A DNA stretch of 64,000 nt. Source: an uncultured Nitrospiraceae bacterium (lineage in GTDB: Bacteria; Nitrospirota; Nitrospiria; Nitrospirales; Nitrospiraceae). The stretch lies in NCBI GenBank assembly GCA_963846575.1, contig CAWJWJ010000002.1:1504001-1568000 (forward strand), given 5' to 3'. A program made the position numbers and the translations under genes. Shown here piece by piece: positions 53,413 through 64,000 of this stretch (positions are counted from its first letter, which is position 1; the number at the start of each line of letters is the position of its first letter). The notes under the pieces are model-generated. The model was not told where the DNA came from and did not search any database. It was given only the letters and a program-made list of their open reading frames with translations.

Positions 53413-53778
53413 ATGAGGAAGCGTCTCTTACCGGCAATGATCGAACAGGGAACTCTGGTGCTCATATTTTTGCTGGTTGGGTTCAGCGCGGCGGTGGCGG
53501 CGGAAACGACCGGCATGGGGCGTGACTCGCCACAGACCACCATAACGGCCGACCGACCGGACGCATTACAGCAGACCAAGGCTCCCGTCCTGCCTTCTTT
53601 ACCGTTGTTGATGGCTGAAGGATCTAATTCCTGCGAGATCGTCTCGTGCGGGATGGGAATCAAGCAGACCTGTCAGATCACATGCCCAACCGGAAAAACA
53701 CCCAAATGTAGTTGCGACTGCGAGAGAAGTTTCGGCCCGATGTGTATGGACTACAAGGCCAATTGCCGCTGCGAATAG
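53413..53778 (+). CDS. Secreted cysteine-rich small protein
   Basis: Signal peptide (AVA-A); 10 Cys in the last 48 aa; upstream TTGATT-17-TATCCT. Confidence 0.7.
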   Translation: MRKRLLPAMIEQGTLVLIFLLVGFSAAVAAETTGMGRDSPQTTITADRPDALQQTKAPVLPSLPLLMAEGSNSCEIVSCGMGIKQTCQITCPTGKTPKCSCDCERSFGPMCMDYKANCRCE

Positions 53779-53793
53779 AGGCCTGATCTCCGG

Positions 53794-53994
53794 TCAGTCA
53801 CTCTCCGGGGACGAAGATTCCGATCCACCCACCGTCAGGCTGGGTCCTGCTACGCGGTACTTCTCGCCGGCCCATGCCCCCAGGTCGAGGATCTGGCATC
53901 GCTCGGAACAAAAGGGACGCCAGGGATTGTCCTGCCATGTCGCGGGACGGCGGCACTGAGGACAGCGGGTGGTGGTTGGCTTCGAAGAGGACAA
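53794..53994 (-). CDS. yacG: DNA gyrase inhibitor YacG
   Basis: CPQC...[18 protein letters not shown]. Confidence 0.9.
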   Translation of the reverse strand: MSSSKPTTTRCPQCRRPATWQDNPWRPFCSERCQILDLGAWAGEKYRVAGPSLTVGGSESSSPESD

Positions 53995-54026
53995 GGTGTT
54001 TACCGTCTGTCGTTAAGCGGTGCGAA

Positions 54027-54701
54027 TCACTCTATCACTCTCCTGCCGAACGCCGCAAATAACTCACCCGTCAGATAGGGCGTGTGTTGCCCGTCCCTCG
54101 AGTGTTTCCGCCGAAGGTAATCGTTGAGAAGGCGACCGTCGTCGGTCCGATGAACGTGCGGCTGCGCCAGGTTCATGCGATAACGTTCGATCGCGCTTGC
54201 CACACGACTGATAAACACCACCGTGCCGTCGTGCTCCACCGCTTCGACCACGCCCACGTGGGTCAAGGGATCATTGATGCGGCCGTCCCCATTGACGTCC
54301 CACGTATTGTCGAAGAACACCAGGTCACCGGGTTGAACGACTGGACCGCGGTGGATCCGTCCATGCGTGCGTATGTGATTGTAGATGAGTCGCACGCCAT
54401 TCGTCGCGCTGTCCCCTGCGCCGTCGGTGTAGAGATCGACCCCGTGGGCAAGATAGATGGCCCGCGTCACGCCGGCGCAATCATAGACAACGCGGCGCCC
54501 CTGACTTTCTATCGTCTTCGCGCCCACGAGGTTGACTGCCGTGCGAACGATCGCCTGGTGAGGCCTGTCTGCCTCCGTGGCACGGCAGCAATCAGGGATG
54601 GGGGTGACCGTCGAGCGAAGGCCTTGGGAGGCAGGCGCAGCGCAGGCGGTGAGCGTCGCGCTGAGGATCAGGCTGTGCAGCAGGCGGAACAGGGTCGGCA
54701 T
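54027..54701 (-). CDS. NlpC/P60-family lipoprotein
   Basis: Lipobox LTAC; YDCAG, PGDLVFF, THVGVV. Confidence 0.8.
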   Translation of the reverse strand: MPTLFRLLHSLILSATLTACAAPASQGLRSTVTPIPDCCRATEADRPHQAIVRTAVNLVGAKTIESQGRRVVYDCAGVTRAIYLAHGVDLYTDGAGDSATNGVRLIYNHIRTHGRIHRGPVVQPGDLVFFDNTWDVNGDGRINDPLTHVGVVEAVEHDGTVVFISRVASAIERYRMNLAQPHVHRTDDGRLLNDYLRRKHSRDGQHTPYLTGELFAAFGRRVIE

Positions 54702-54759
54702 ACTGAATGAAGTATACCTGGTCCTTACCATCATGGGGGCGCGGTGGGCTCCGGCCTGA

Positions 54760-56412
54760 TCAGGCCCCGGCCCTGGCAAAGACCTGCTTGATCAAGGACT
54801 GTGCGTCGTCCTGAATCAGCCGGAGGTGGGCCGGGCCGTGGAAACTTTCCGCATACAGCTTATAGACGTCTTCGGTACCGCTGGGGCGCGCGGCGAACCA
54901 CCCGTTTGCCGTCGTCACTTTGAGCCCTCCGATCGAGGCCTGGTTTCCCGGCGCTTCCGTCAACATGGCTGTAATCGGTTCTCCGGCCAGTTCCCGGCTC
55001 GTCACCTGTTCCGGGGAGAATTTTTGCAGGGCCGCCTTCTGTGCCCGCGTGGCGGGCGCATCGATCCGTTCGTACACCGGTTCACCCAAGCGAGCAGTCA
55101 GCTCAGCATAGAGCTGCGCGGGATTTTTGCCAGTGACGGCCAACATTTCCGCTGCCAGGAGATCCATGATGATCCCGTCCTTGTCGGTGACCCAGGTGGT
55201 GCCGTCGTGACGGAGATAGGCCGCGCCCGCACTTTCCTCGCCGCCGAATCCGAGGGAACCGTCGCGGAGTCCCGGGACAAACCATTTGAACCCCACCGGT
55301 ACTTCAACGAGCCGTCGTTGGAGGTCCTTCGCCACCCGATCGATCATGCTGCTGCTGACGATTGTTTTGCCGACTCCGGCGGACGTCTTCCAGCCTGGGC
55401 GGTGGGTAAAGAGGTAGGCGATTGCGGCAGCGAGATAGTGGTTGGGATTCATCAAGCCGGCGCCGGGCGTCACGATGCCGTGACGGTCGGTATCAGTGTC
55501 GTTGCCGAAGGCGAGATCAAAGCGGTCCTTTAATCCTATCAAGGAGGCCATGGCGTAGGGCGAAGAGCAGTCCATGCGGATTTTGCCGTCCCAATCCCGC
55601 GTCATGAATCCGAAGGTTGAATCGACTTGGTCGTTGACGACCTGGATGTCCAAACCATACCGCTCAGCCAGCGGCCGCCAGTAGGCCACCGCTGCCCCTC
55701 CCAGCGGGTCAACCGCGAGGCGGAGTTTGGCCGCCTTGATGCGATCGAGATCGACGACATGCACGAGGTCCGTCAGGTAATTTCCCACGAAATCATGTCT
55801 GGCCGTGGAGGAGGCCCGCAGCGCCTGTTCGTAGGGCACACGTTTCACCCCTTGTAGTTTGGCGACCAGCAGTTCATTGGCGCGGCTCTCAATGGCCTTG
55901 GTCACCTCGGTATCGGCCGGCCCGCCGTGCGGCGGATTGTATTTGATCCCGCCGTCTTCTGGAGGATTATGCGAAGGCGTAATGATGATGCCGTCCGCCC
56001 AGCCGGACGTCCGGGACTGATTAAAGGTGAGAATCGCGTGAGACATCACGGGCGTGGGGGTATAGCCGCCATCACGATCCATGCGGAGCTGCACCTGATT
56101 TGCGGCCAGTACTTCCACGACCGTGCGTTGCGCCGGTGCTGAAAGCGCATGGGTGTCCATGCCGACGTAGAGGGGGCCGGTCGTGCCGGCCGCCTGCCGG
56201 TACTCACAGATCGCCTGTGTAATGGCAAGGATATGCGCCTCGTTGAACGTATGCCGGAAAGCGGAACCGCGGTGCCCGCTGGTGCCGAAACTGACCCGCT
56301 GCTGAGGATCGGAGGGATCCGGCCCGTCCGTATAATAGGCCCGTTCAAGTTTCGCAAGATCAACCAACTGCTCCGGCTGCGCCGGTTGTCCGGCATGTGG
56401 ATGGAGAGGCAT
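54760..56412 (-). CDS. pgm: Phosphoglucomutase
   Basis: [36 protein letters not shown]. Confidence 0.96.
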   Translation of the reverse strand: MPLHPHAGQPAQPEQLVDLAKLERAYYTDGPDPSDPQQRVSFGTSGHRGSAFRHTFNEAHILAITQAICEYRQAAGTTGPLYVGMDTHALSAPAQRTVVEVLAANQVQLRMDRDGGYTPTPVMSHAILTFNQSRTSGWADGIIITPSHNPPEDGGIKYNPPHGGPADTEVTKAIESRANELLVAKLQGVKRVPYEQALRASSTARHDFVGNYLTDLVHVVDLDRIKAAKLRLAVDPLGGAAVAYWRPLAERYGLDIQVVNDQVDSTFGFMTRDWDGKIRMDCSSPYAMASLIGLKDRFDLAFGNDTDTDRHGIVTPGAGLMNPNHYLAAAIAYLFTHRPGWKTSAGVGKTIVSSSMIDRVAKDLQRRLVEVPVGFKWFVPGLRDGSLGFGGEESAGAAYLRHDGTTWVTDKDGIIMDLLAAEMLAVTGKNPAQLYAELTARLGEPVYERIDAPATRAQKAALQKFSPEQVTSRELAGEPITAMLTEAPGNQASIGGLKVTTANGWFAARPSGTEDVYKLYAESFHGPAHLRLIQDDAQSLIKQVFARAGA

Positions 56413-56572
56413 AGGCTCCTCGATCAGGAATTATAAGTCGTGGTTCAGTCGTTCCAGCCCCACAGGGGCGCTCAGTATATACAGGTCGATGCGTAATGTC
56501 AGGCGGGCATTTGCTTGCGCGCTCCTCCGCGCGGGTGTTAAGATCCGGCCACGTTAAGGAGAGGGGTTGACC

Positions 56573-56839
56573 ATGCCAAACGTGACCTTGCTGCACTCAC
56601 CCACTTGCGGAGCCTGTCCCTCGGCCAAACGGCTATGGAAGGAACTGAGGGTGAAGTATAGCTTTAGCTATCGAGAAATCGACATCACCACGACGGATGG
56701 CCAGGAATTGGCTAATCGCCATGCGGTTCGAGCGGTGCCCGCGACTATTATCGACGGACGGTTGACCTTCGTGGGTGTTCCACCGCGTCAAAGCGCCGAG
56801 AAGGCGTTGCAGCTGAAAATGAAACCGCAGGGCGCATAA
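56573..56839 (+). CDS. Small thioredoxin/glutaredoxin-like protein
   Basis: PTCGACP, AVPATIIDG...FVGVP. Confidence 0.85.
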   Translation: MPNVTLLHSPTCGACPSAKRLWKELRVKYSFSYREIDITTTDGQELANRHAVRAVPATIIDGRLTFVGVPPRQSAEKALQLKMKPQGA

Positions 56840-56851
56840 GATCGGAGAGTT

Positions 56852-57016
56852 ATGACGGCTCCAGACGAAGATGACTTTGAACTGCCGGAACTTTTGTTCC
56901 TCGATAAGGGCCCGCCGCCTGAATGCGGAACGTGCGGGGAGGCGATGAAGTTCATCGATGGGGATTGGTCCTGCATCGATTGCAATGGTGAACTACTGGG
57001 GCCCGAGACAGGGTAG
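56852..57016 (+). CDS. Small acidic Zn-ribbon-like protein (54 aa; not in ORF track)
   Basis: MTAPDEDDFELPELLFLDKGPPPECGTCGEAMKFIDGDWSCIDCNGELLGPETG; GGAG RBS. Confidence 0.7.
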   Translation: MTAPDEDDFELPELLFLDKGPPPECGTCGEAMKFIDGDWSCIDCNGELLGPETG

Positions 57017-57106
57017 TCATTGACCGATCACGTCATGACTGTGCCCCGAGGAATGATGTCTATCGATGAGTGCGTAACGGCTTTGATTTCCGTTCGTGCA
57101 ATGTAG

Positions 57107-60100
57107 ATGCTTCGTCTTGTCACCGGACCGTTTCATCCCACCCTCGAATCCGCACTGGTTCAAGACCTCCGATCGCTGAAAGCGCAAGACCCGTTCGCCG
57201 CCGTGGCACTCGTGGTGCCATCCGATCAACTGCGCGGTGCGCTCAAACGACTTCTGGCCGTGACGCATAACCTGTCGCTGCTTAACCTGCACGTGTTTTC
57301 ATTCCATCAACTCGCGCTGCACCTTGACCGTGAGCGGCTCTTGCACGGACCAGCTTCTGATCGGGACCGGCCTGTGGCATTGGTGACCGATATCTTTTTC
57401 GAGCATCTGCTGCAGCACCTTGGCCGGCGCCACGTCCCACAGACGGAGGCGCTCCGCTTATCACATCTCCCCCCCGGGGCCTGGGCCGCGTTGTGGGCGA
57501 GCTTACGTGACTTGAAAGATGCGACGGTAGATTCCGCGGTTGCTTTGCGCGCGGTGGATGAGGAGCAGTTTGCGGGTGCAGATCGGGAAAAGCTCAAGGG
57601 ATTATTTACCTTGCATGCTGCTGTCCGGGAGAGTCGAGTCGCCCTTGGAGTAGGATCGCCCGATGACCTGGCCGCCTCCGTCGCGGACTTCGTTCCGGCC
57701 TCGCCATTTCTTCGCGACCTGACCCGTCTCTACTATTACGGTTCCTATGACCTCACGCAAACCCAATTGACCCTTCTCGAGGCGCTGAGTGCTGTCGTCC
57801 CGGTGACGGTCTACTTTCCGCTCGAGGACAAGCCGGGCTACGCCTTCGCGCGCCAATTTCTGGAACGCTACCTCTATCCGCTGGCGGGAGGACCAGGAGC
57901 CGCTGGCGCCCCGGCGCCGGACGAGGTCGTGGCCGCGCCGGGAGCCAAAGTGGAAGTATCGGTCGAGGTTCGTAATGCCGCCGGGATCGAGGACGAGTTG
58001 GCGTTGGTCTGCAAACAGATACTTTCACTCGTCGAGACAAATCATTACCACTTCGATGAGATCGGAGTGGTGGGGCGAACACTCGCACCCTATCAAACGG
58101 CCCTCAGGCGAACGTTTGAGCAACACCGGATTCCGTTCAGTTCGAGCGCGACGCTCCCGCTGTTGCAGGAGCCGTCGGTGAAGGTCCTGCTGCATCTGGC
58201 GCAATTAAAGGCACGGGACTTTGACCGGGCCGCCATGATGGACGTCATCACCTCGCCCTGGAACCGCTGGCTCCTGCAACAGGCCGAATCCATTGAGCCG
58301 CGCCCGGATCTCTGGCGCATAGCGGTGCTGGCGTTGGGCATCAGTCGCGGCGAGGCGGAGTGGCGGCGATTGGCCACCCTGAGCCGTCTGGATACATGGA
58401 CCACCGATGAGGACGAGCCCTTTCAGGAACAGATCGGGTCGCTCGTCATAGAGGGCGCGCAGCTGCGCATGCTCTGGACCTCTATCTCGCAGCTGATTGC
58501 AGCGGTGAAGAGCCTCCCTGAACGGGGGGAATACGGGACGCTCACGGATGCATTCGTCTCGATGGCCGAAGCGCTGCTGACCGTGCCCCTGACAGATTCC
58601 GGAGACTCGGATCAGGCCCTGTCCGAGGAGGCCGCAGGTCAGGTGGGGGAGGCGCTCGCACAGGTTTTGACGCAACTGCGTGAGTTGGATCGCCTTGCAG
58701 TCGAAATCACGTGGCAGGAATGGACCGAGACCTTCCTCCAGGTCCTCGAACGCACGACCTGTTCCGTGGTCTCCGGATCTCATGCCGGCGTTCAGGTGCT
58801 GGATGCGATGGGTGCGCGGGGGGTGGGATTCCGTGCGCTGTTCATGATCGGGTTGAACGAGAAACTGTTTCCCCGCTTTATTCACGAGGATGGATTTCTC
58901 CGTGATCGGCATCGGCTGATTCTCAGCGAAACCCTGGGTTATAAAATCGATCAAAAACTCCAAGGATATGCGGAGGAATCGCTGCTCTTCGAATTGCTGC
59001 GGTCGTCCGCGTCAGAGCGGTTGTATGTATCCTATCAGCGGGCGGATGCCGCCGGACGGCCCCTGGCTCCCTCGAGTTATTTGGAGATGGTGGGAGGCAT
59101 GCCCTCTCCGGCCAGACCGGAGGCGGTTTTTGCTGTGCCGCGTCGATGGCCGGACCGGCATGGCCTGGCGTTGTTCGCGCCGCCGCTGCTGACTCGTGAG
59201 GAACTCACGGTGAGCAGGGTGCTGGAGGGACGGGATGTGACCCCGTTGCTGGGAATGGCCGGACGCGATGGGCGCCTCTTTTCCCACGGACTGGAAGCTC
59301 AGCAGTCAATTGAAAGCGATCAGCCGCTATTGGGCGCGTACGACGGCATGCTGAAAGGTCCCACCGCTCACTGGTCCGCCGTGAGCCGGCAGGGATTTTC
59401 GCCGACGGCGCTCGAATCCTATGCCCGGTGTCCCTTCCAATATTTTGCCGGACAGGTTCTGAGGTTGAAACAGATTCGCCAGCGTCCTTCCATGCAACTC
59501 ACACCGCCGGCGATGGGGCAGCTCTGCCATGATGCCCTCCGCCTGTGTTACCTGGCCTTGATCCAGCAGGGCTGGCCCGCGCTCCCACTGTCCGGAGATT
59601 CCGTCGCCCTGGAGGTGAACCGGTCGGTGGCGCACGTCTCCGCCGGCTATGCCGCGACGCATGGAACCGGCTATGCGCTGACCTGGCAACTGGCGCAAGA
59701 ACAGGTCCGGCGCCTGGTGGCGCTTGCATTGGCATCCGATCGGGAGGAGACGATGTCCTCAGGCTTTGTTCCACTGGAGTTCGAGATCGATGCCACGGGC
59801 ACGTTACCCCCTTGCCCTGACCGCGAGCCTGTGGCGATTCGGGGACGCTGGGACCGGGTCGATCGTCATCCGGCGTCGGGATCCCTACGTGTGATCGATT
59901 ACAAATACCGCGGCACTGGCCAGGTGGATGCGAAGGATCGGAATCTGCTTCAGGCCGGCTTGCGGGGTGCACGGCTGCAACCGGCTCTCTACGCTTTAAT
60001 GACGGCGACCTCACCAGCCGGCGAGCAGCTTGGGCCGATTCCTGAGCAGGTCGATTTTCTCTACCTGCTGTCGCAGCGACACCCGGGAATCGAACGCGCC

Positions 60101-60340
60101 TCCTTCTCCGGCGCGGCCTGGCAAGGCCCCTCGGGAGCGATGTTGACCAACACTATTCGGTTGCTGGTCGAAGGGGTGCGCGCCGGCCAGCATGAGATTG
60201 TCCCGGATGCCTACTGCGTCCATTGCGAGTTTTCGACCGCCTGCCGTCGCACACATCAGCCAACCTGGTGGCGTGCCTATCGTTCCTCGCAGGCGCGCCT
60301 GTTACGAAGTCTGCGATCACTGAAGGTGGCACGTGACTGA
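57107..60340 (+). CDS. addB: AddB/RexB-like helicase-nuclease subunit
   Basis: FSPTALESYARCPF, GRWDRVD, IDYK, C..C.....C Fe-S ligands. Confidence 0.88.
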   Translation: MLRLVTGPFHPTLESALVQDLRSLKAQDPFAAVALVVPSDQLRGALKRLLAVTHNLSLLNLHVFSFHQLALHLDRERLLHGPASDRDRPVALVTDIFFEHLLQHLGRRHVPQTEALRLSHLPPGAWAALWASLRDLKDATVDSAVALRAVDEEQFAGADREKLKGLFTLHAAVRESRVALGVGSPDDLAASVADFVPASPFLRDLTRLYYYGSYDLTQTQLTLLEALSAVVPVTVYFPLEDKPGYAFARQFLERYLYPLAGGPGAAGAPAPDEVVAAPGAKVEVSVEVRNAAGIEDELALVCKQILSLVETNHYHFDEIGVVGRTLAPYQTALRRTFEQHRIPFSSSATLPLLQEPSVKVLLHLAQLKARDFDRAAMMDVITSPWNRWLLQQAESIEPRPDLWRIAVLALGISRGEAEWRRLATLSRLDTWTTDEDEPFQEQIGSLVIEGAQLRMLWTSISQLIAAVKSLPERGEYGTLTDAFVSMAEALLTVPLTDSGDSDQALSEEAAGQVGEALAQVLTQLRELDRLAVEITWQEWTETFLQVLERTTCSVVSGSHAGVQVLDAMGARGVGFRALFMIGLNEKLFPRFIHEDGFLRDRHRLILSETLGYKIDQKLQGYAEESLLFELLRSSASERLYVSYQRADAAGRPLAPSSYLEMVGGMPSPARPEAVFAVPRRWPDRHGLALFAPPLLTREELTVSRVLEGRDVTPLLGMAGRDGRLFSHGLEAQQSIESDQPLLGAYDGMLKGPTAHWSAVSRQGFSPTALESYARCPFQYFAGQVLRLKQIRQRPSMQLTPPAMGQLCHDALRLCYLALIQQGWPALPLSGDSVALEVNRSVAHVSAGYAATHGTGYALTWQLAQEQVRRLVALALASDREETMSSGFVPLEFEIDATGTLPPCPDREPVAIRGRWDRVDRHPASGSLRVIDYKYRGTGQVDAKDRNLLQAGLRGARLQPALYALMTATSPAGEQLGPIPEQVDFLYLLSQRHPGIERASFSGAAWQGPSGAMLTNTIRLLVEGVRAGQHEIVPDAYCVHCEFSTACRRTHQPTWWRAYRSSQARLLRSLRSLKVARD

Positions 60341-63300
60341 TACCGCCTCGATACCGGACCAGGCGGCGCGTATTGCGGCCGCCACCACCTTCGATCGTAA
60401 CGTGGTGGTGATCGCAGGAGCCGGAACGGGTAAAACGACACTGCTCGTGAACCGTCTTCTCTACCTCCTGATGCGGCGGGCTGATTCGCTGGACCTGTCC
60501 CGTATCGTCGCCTTAACCTTCACCAACAAAGCCGCCGCGGAAATGAAACTCCGCTTGCGGGAGCGGCTGCGTGCGCTCGCGACGGGAGAGGGGCGCGACA
60601 GCCCAGCTGCCGGCAGCGGAACGGTGTCTGTCGCAGACCTTCGCCTGCGGTATGGCTGGACCACTAACGACATCGTGGCGAGGGCGGAGGCGGCCCTGCG
60701 TGACGTCGAGAAGGCGCAGATCGGCACGCTCCACAGTTTCGCCGCACATTTGCTGCGGCTGTTTCCCATCGAAGCCGGCGTTTCTCCTACGTTTCGCACG
60801 GACGAAGATGGGTCGCGCTTCGAGGAACATTTCAGTCGGGAGTGGGACCTGTGGCTGGATCGTGAGTTGGGCGCGGCGGGCGGCGGCCATGAGAACTGGC
60901 GCACACTTCTGAACCTGTTCGCGCTTCATGAGTTGCGTGAGCTGGCCTACAGACTCCACGGTGATCTGATCGACCTTGACGGGCTGGCGACCCAAGTCGG
61001 GGAGCGTACCCTTGGGCCAGGACTACAGGCATGGGTTGCCCGACGGCAGGCGGAAGCGGAATCGTTGCTCGCACGGCATGATGGGCCGAAGCGGCGAAAA
61101 ATCGAACAGATCCTTGAAGCAATCGTCACGCTCTGTGAAACATTGACCACTCAGGGACTCCAGGGGTTGCGCGACACGCCGATCGACATGCAGCAACTGC
61201 TGGCCAAGGATCTCGGCGCCGGGCCGGCCGGCTGGACGGAAGAGGAAGTGCGGGATGTTGAGGCCTTGCAGCGGATCGCACGGCGCTTGCTCAAAGTCGA
61301 TCATGACCTGTTGCAGAACTTGTTGGCCGTCCTCGCACCCTTCGTGCAGGCCGTGCGAAAGTCTTTTCTGGACTCTGGCTGGCTGGCCTTCGACGGATTG
61401 TTAGGTAAGGCCCGCATGCTCCTCCGCGATCATCCTGCGATCCGCGAACAATTGAAGCAGGACTATCGAGCGCTGCTCGTGGATGAATTTCAAGATACGG
61501 ATCCGGTGCAGTACGAGATCGTGCTTTATCTCGCCGAGCAACCGGGGAAGCAGGCCACGTCCTGGCGCGACGCCGAACTCGAACCGGGCAAACTGTTCAT
61601 CGTGGGCGACCCGAAACAATCGATTTACGCGTTTCGCCGCGCCGACATCGAAGCCTTCGATCATGTGGTCGAACGACTCGAGCAACGCGGCGCGCTCCGT
61701 TGTGAGTTGTCGACCAACTTTCGAAGCCATGCCCGGGTGCTTGAGGTGGTGAATGGGGTGTTCAACGCACTGCTGGTAGCGGAGCCCGCGATTCAGCCAC
61801 CGAACGTGCCGCTGATGGTTCAACCCGATCGTTCGAGTACGTTTCGCAGTCCCGGGGTCGAACTTCGGTTGGTGGCGGCGGAAGCCGATGACGAGCTGGA
61901 CTCCGCCGCGGCAACCAGGCTCGAGGCGGAGCAGATTGCCCTCTTGCTTGAGGGCCTATTGGGTCCGGCCGGCCTGGAAACCACGCTCGTCGGATCCGAT
62001 CGCGACCTGCGTCCAGGGCACATTGCGATCCTGTTCAGGAAACTCACTCAGGCCGAGCATTACCTGGAGGCTCTCCGCCGGCACCACATCGCGTACATCA
62101 TCGATGGTGAGAAACATTTCTATCGCCGTCAGGAAGTCATCGATCTGGTGAACATTCTGCGGTGCATTGAGAATCCCCATGATCGCATCGCCTTAATCGG
62201 CGTGCTTCGTTCGGCTGTGGGCGGTCTGCCGGACTCGGAGCTGGCTGCCTTGCAGGAATTGAACGCGTTGGACTATCGGCAGGCTGATCGGCTGACTGGC
62301 TGGACCAGTGTGCATGCCGACTCGCTCCAACACCTCTATGGCGTCCTCTCGCGACTACACGAGCAGGCTAGCCGCTATCCGTTGCCCGAGACCGTGAGTC
62401 TGGTGTTCCATGAGTTGCCGGTCCTTGAACTGGCGGCGGCCTCTCTGCATGGCGAGCAGGCGGTCGCTAATCTCTTCAAGGTTCGCCGCATCGCGGAGGA
62501 GCTTGCGGATCGTCCTGCGCTGACCTTGAACGGGTTTGTCGAGTTGATGCTGGCACGACTCACCGAGCAGCCCGAGGAAGCGGAGAGCGCCCTGGCGGAA
62601 GACACCCTGGACGCGGTGCGGGTCTTAACCATCCACAAGGCGAAGGGATTGGAGTTTCCTCTGGTCGTTCTGGCCGGGCTGCATCACGGAGACGGGGCGG
62701 GCCGTGGTCCGGCAGGACCGCTCATTTGGCACGATTGGTCGACCGGAATCCAGGGCCTCGATCTGGGCGAGCATTGCAGTCTCGGTGCGGTGATGGCCGC
62801 CGAGAAAGCACGCACGCGCGAACAGGCGGAACGCAGCCGGCTCTTCTACGTCGGGATGACGCGAGCCCGCGAGTCTTTAGTCCTATCAGGAGCCGTCTCA
62901 CGACGACGGACGGGCGGGGCGCTGTTGGAGTTGCTGGAACGGGCGACGGGAGTGAAACTCGGCCATGCTGACATGCCCACTATCCCGGTAGGGACTGTAA
63001 ACCTTCGTCAAACCATGCTCCATGGCGAGGATCGTCCACCCGCCAGATTACGCGCCCACCCGGTCTTCCTGGAGGCCGACGTGACAGACGAGGTGTTGTC
63101 CGCATTGTGGGCAGAACGTGACCGGGAATGGGGCGCGCAATCGGGGGCGTCGCTGGTGGTCTCGCCGACTGAACTTCTTGTGCAATCGCCGCGCCTGAAG
63201 GTGTTTGCATCAAGCCGAAGAAATCGTTCAAACGTAGGCCAATCAGTGGGGAAGATCGTTCACCGTCTCCTGCAGTACTGGGAGTTCGGTGTTGACCCAT

Positions 63301-63719
63301 CGGCCCAACTGGCCTTGATCAATCCACATACCGTGGAATGGCTCGGGGAGGGGGAGCCCCCACAAGAGGTGATCATGGAAGAGGTGCGAGATCTGGTGCG
63401 CACTTTTGTCGAATGCTCCTGGTACGAACGGTTGTGCCGGGCGACCATTGTGGGGCGCGAGGTGCCCTTTCTGATGCCATGGACTGGTGGGCGGCAGGTG
63501 GTGGAAGGGGTCATCGACTTGCTGTATCGTCTCGATGGCGAGATCTGGATCGCCGACTACAAGACCGACCTGATCCCTCGCGATCAGGTCGCGTTGAAGG
63601 CGGAGACCTATCGAGAGCAGGCACGGTGGTATCGGAGAGCGGTGGAGCAATCGTTGGGCAGACCGGTCGCAGGATTTGAATTCGTTTTCTTGCGGCATGG
63701 ACTGGTCGTGACAACTTAA
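60333..63719 (+). CDS. addA: AddA/RexA-like UvrD helicase-nuclease subunit
   Basis: AGAGTGKT, DEFQDT, VGDPKQSIY.FR, TIHKAKGLEF, YVGMTRA, GVIDL...DYKTD. Confidence 0.92.
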   Translation: MTDTASIPDQAARIAAATTFDRNVVVIAGAGTGKTTLLVNRLLYLLMRRADSLDLSRIVALTFTNKAAAEMKLRLRERLRALATGEGRDSPAAGSGTVSVADLRLRYGWTTNDIVARAEAALRDVEKAQIGTLHSFAAHLLRLFPIEAGVSPTFRTDEDGSRFEEHFSREWDLWLDRELGAAGGGHENWRTLLNLFALHELRELAYRLHGDLIDLDGLATQVGERTLGPGLQAWVARRQAEAESLLARHDGPKRRKIEQILEAIVTLCETLTTQGLQGLRDTPIDMQQLLAKDLGAGPAGWTEEEVRDVEALQRIARRLLKVDHDLLQNLLAVLAPFVQAVRKSFLDSGWLAFDGLLGKARMLLRDHPAIREQLKQDYRALLVDEFQDTDPVQYEIVLYLAEQPGKQATSWRDAELEPGKLFIVGDPKQSIYAFRRADIEAFDHVVERLEQRGALRCELSTNFRSHARVLEVVNGVFNALLVAEPAIQPPNVPLMVQPDRSSTFRSPGVELRLVAAEADDELDSAAATRLEAEQIALLLEGLLGPAGLETTLVGSDRDLRPGHIAILFRKLTQAEHYLEALRRHHIAYIIDGEKHFYRRQEVIDLVNILRCIENPHDRIALIGVLRSAVGGLPDSELAALQELNALDYRQADRLTGWTSVHADSLQHLYGVLSRLHEQASRYPLPETVSLVFHELPVLELAAASLHGEQAVANLFKVRRIAEELADRPALTLNGFVELMLARLTEQPEEAESALAEDTLDAVRVLTIHKAKGLEFPLVVLAGLHHGDGAGRGPAGPLIWHDWSTGIQGLDLGEHCSLGAVMAAEKARTREQAERSRLFYVGMTRARESLVLSGAVSRRRTGGALLELLERATGVKLGHADMPTIPVGTVNLRQTMLHGEDRPPARLRAHPVFLEADVTDEVLSALWAERDREWGAQSGASLVVSPTELLVQSPRLKVFASSRRNRSNVGQSVGKIVHRLLQYWEFGVDPSAQLALINPHTVEWLGEGEPPQEVIMEEVRDLVRTFVECSWYERLCRATIVGREVPFLMPWTGGRQVVEGVIDLLYRLDGEIWIADYKTDLIPRDQVALKAETYREQARWYRRAVEQSLGRPVAGFEFVFLRHGLVVTT

Positions 63720-63735
63720 GCATAAGGAGGATGGT

Positions 63736-64000
63736 ATGCGATCTCTTCTGACGGGGGCGACTGTTTTGACGCTGGTGCTGACTGGTTGTACGGGTCAACA
63801 GAAGATAGAAGTCCGAACACTTCATGCCCCGTCCGGCACCAGCGCCCTGGTCAGTCAACAGTTAGAGGAGGGGAATCTGCTGTATGCGCGACAGAACTGG
63901 GCGGGGGCAAAGCAGGTGTATCTTGCGACGATCCAGCTTGATTCAACCTTGGCGGAAGCTCATTACAATCTGGCGCTGGCGCTGGAGCGATTGGGCGAGA
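63736..64000 (+). CDS. TPR lipoprotein (3' end runs off the window)
   Basis: TAAGGAGG RBS; MRSLLTGATVLTLVLTGC...AEAHYNLALALERLG. Confidence 0.8.
   Translation, partial: MRSLLTGATVLTLVLTGCTGQQKIEVRTLHAPSGTSALVSQQLEEGNLLYARQNWAGAKQVYLATIQLDSTLAEAHYNLALALERLGE

Overview
A GC-rich bacterial chromosomal segment; gene content suggests a Nitrospira-like organism (inference, not verified). Core genes: ligA, trpEGDC-x-FBA, lolD/lolC-E, lysS, prfB (with a +1 programmed frameshift), lnt, pgm, yacG and addAB. Accessory content: a general-stress-type cluster (YihY, holin-like, hemerythrin, DUF3309, BON, YtxH), a second YihY with hemerythrin-katE, an archaeal-type DNA topoisomerase VI pair (top6B-top6A), a MoxR-like ATPase with an uncharacterised partner, a four-lipoprotein operon, a DUF1800/DUF1501 pair and several small ORFs absent from the ORF track. 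The main unannotated signal is a 16-bp pseudo-palindromic box (about CTAGGGYYWYSCCNAG). It occurs at least 7 times, always 22-24 nt upstream of a -10-like hexamer, in front of the stress-type genes, and suggests an activator-dependent general stress regulon. A ~180-nt imperfect hairpin lies between trpA and the convergent gene. No rRNA, tRNA, CRISPR array, transposase or integrase was recognised. All family assignments come from motif recognition by eye, not from database searches.
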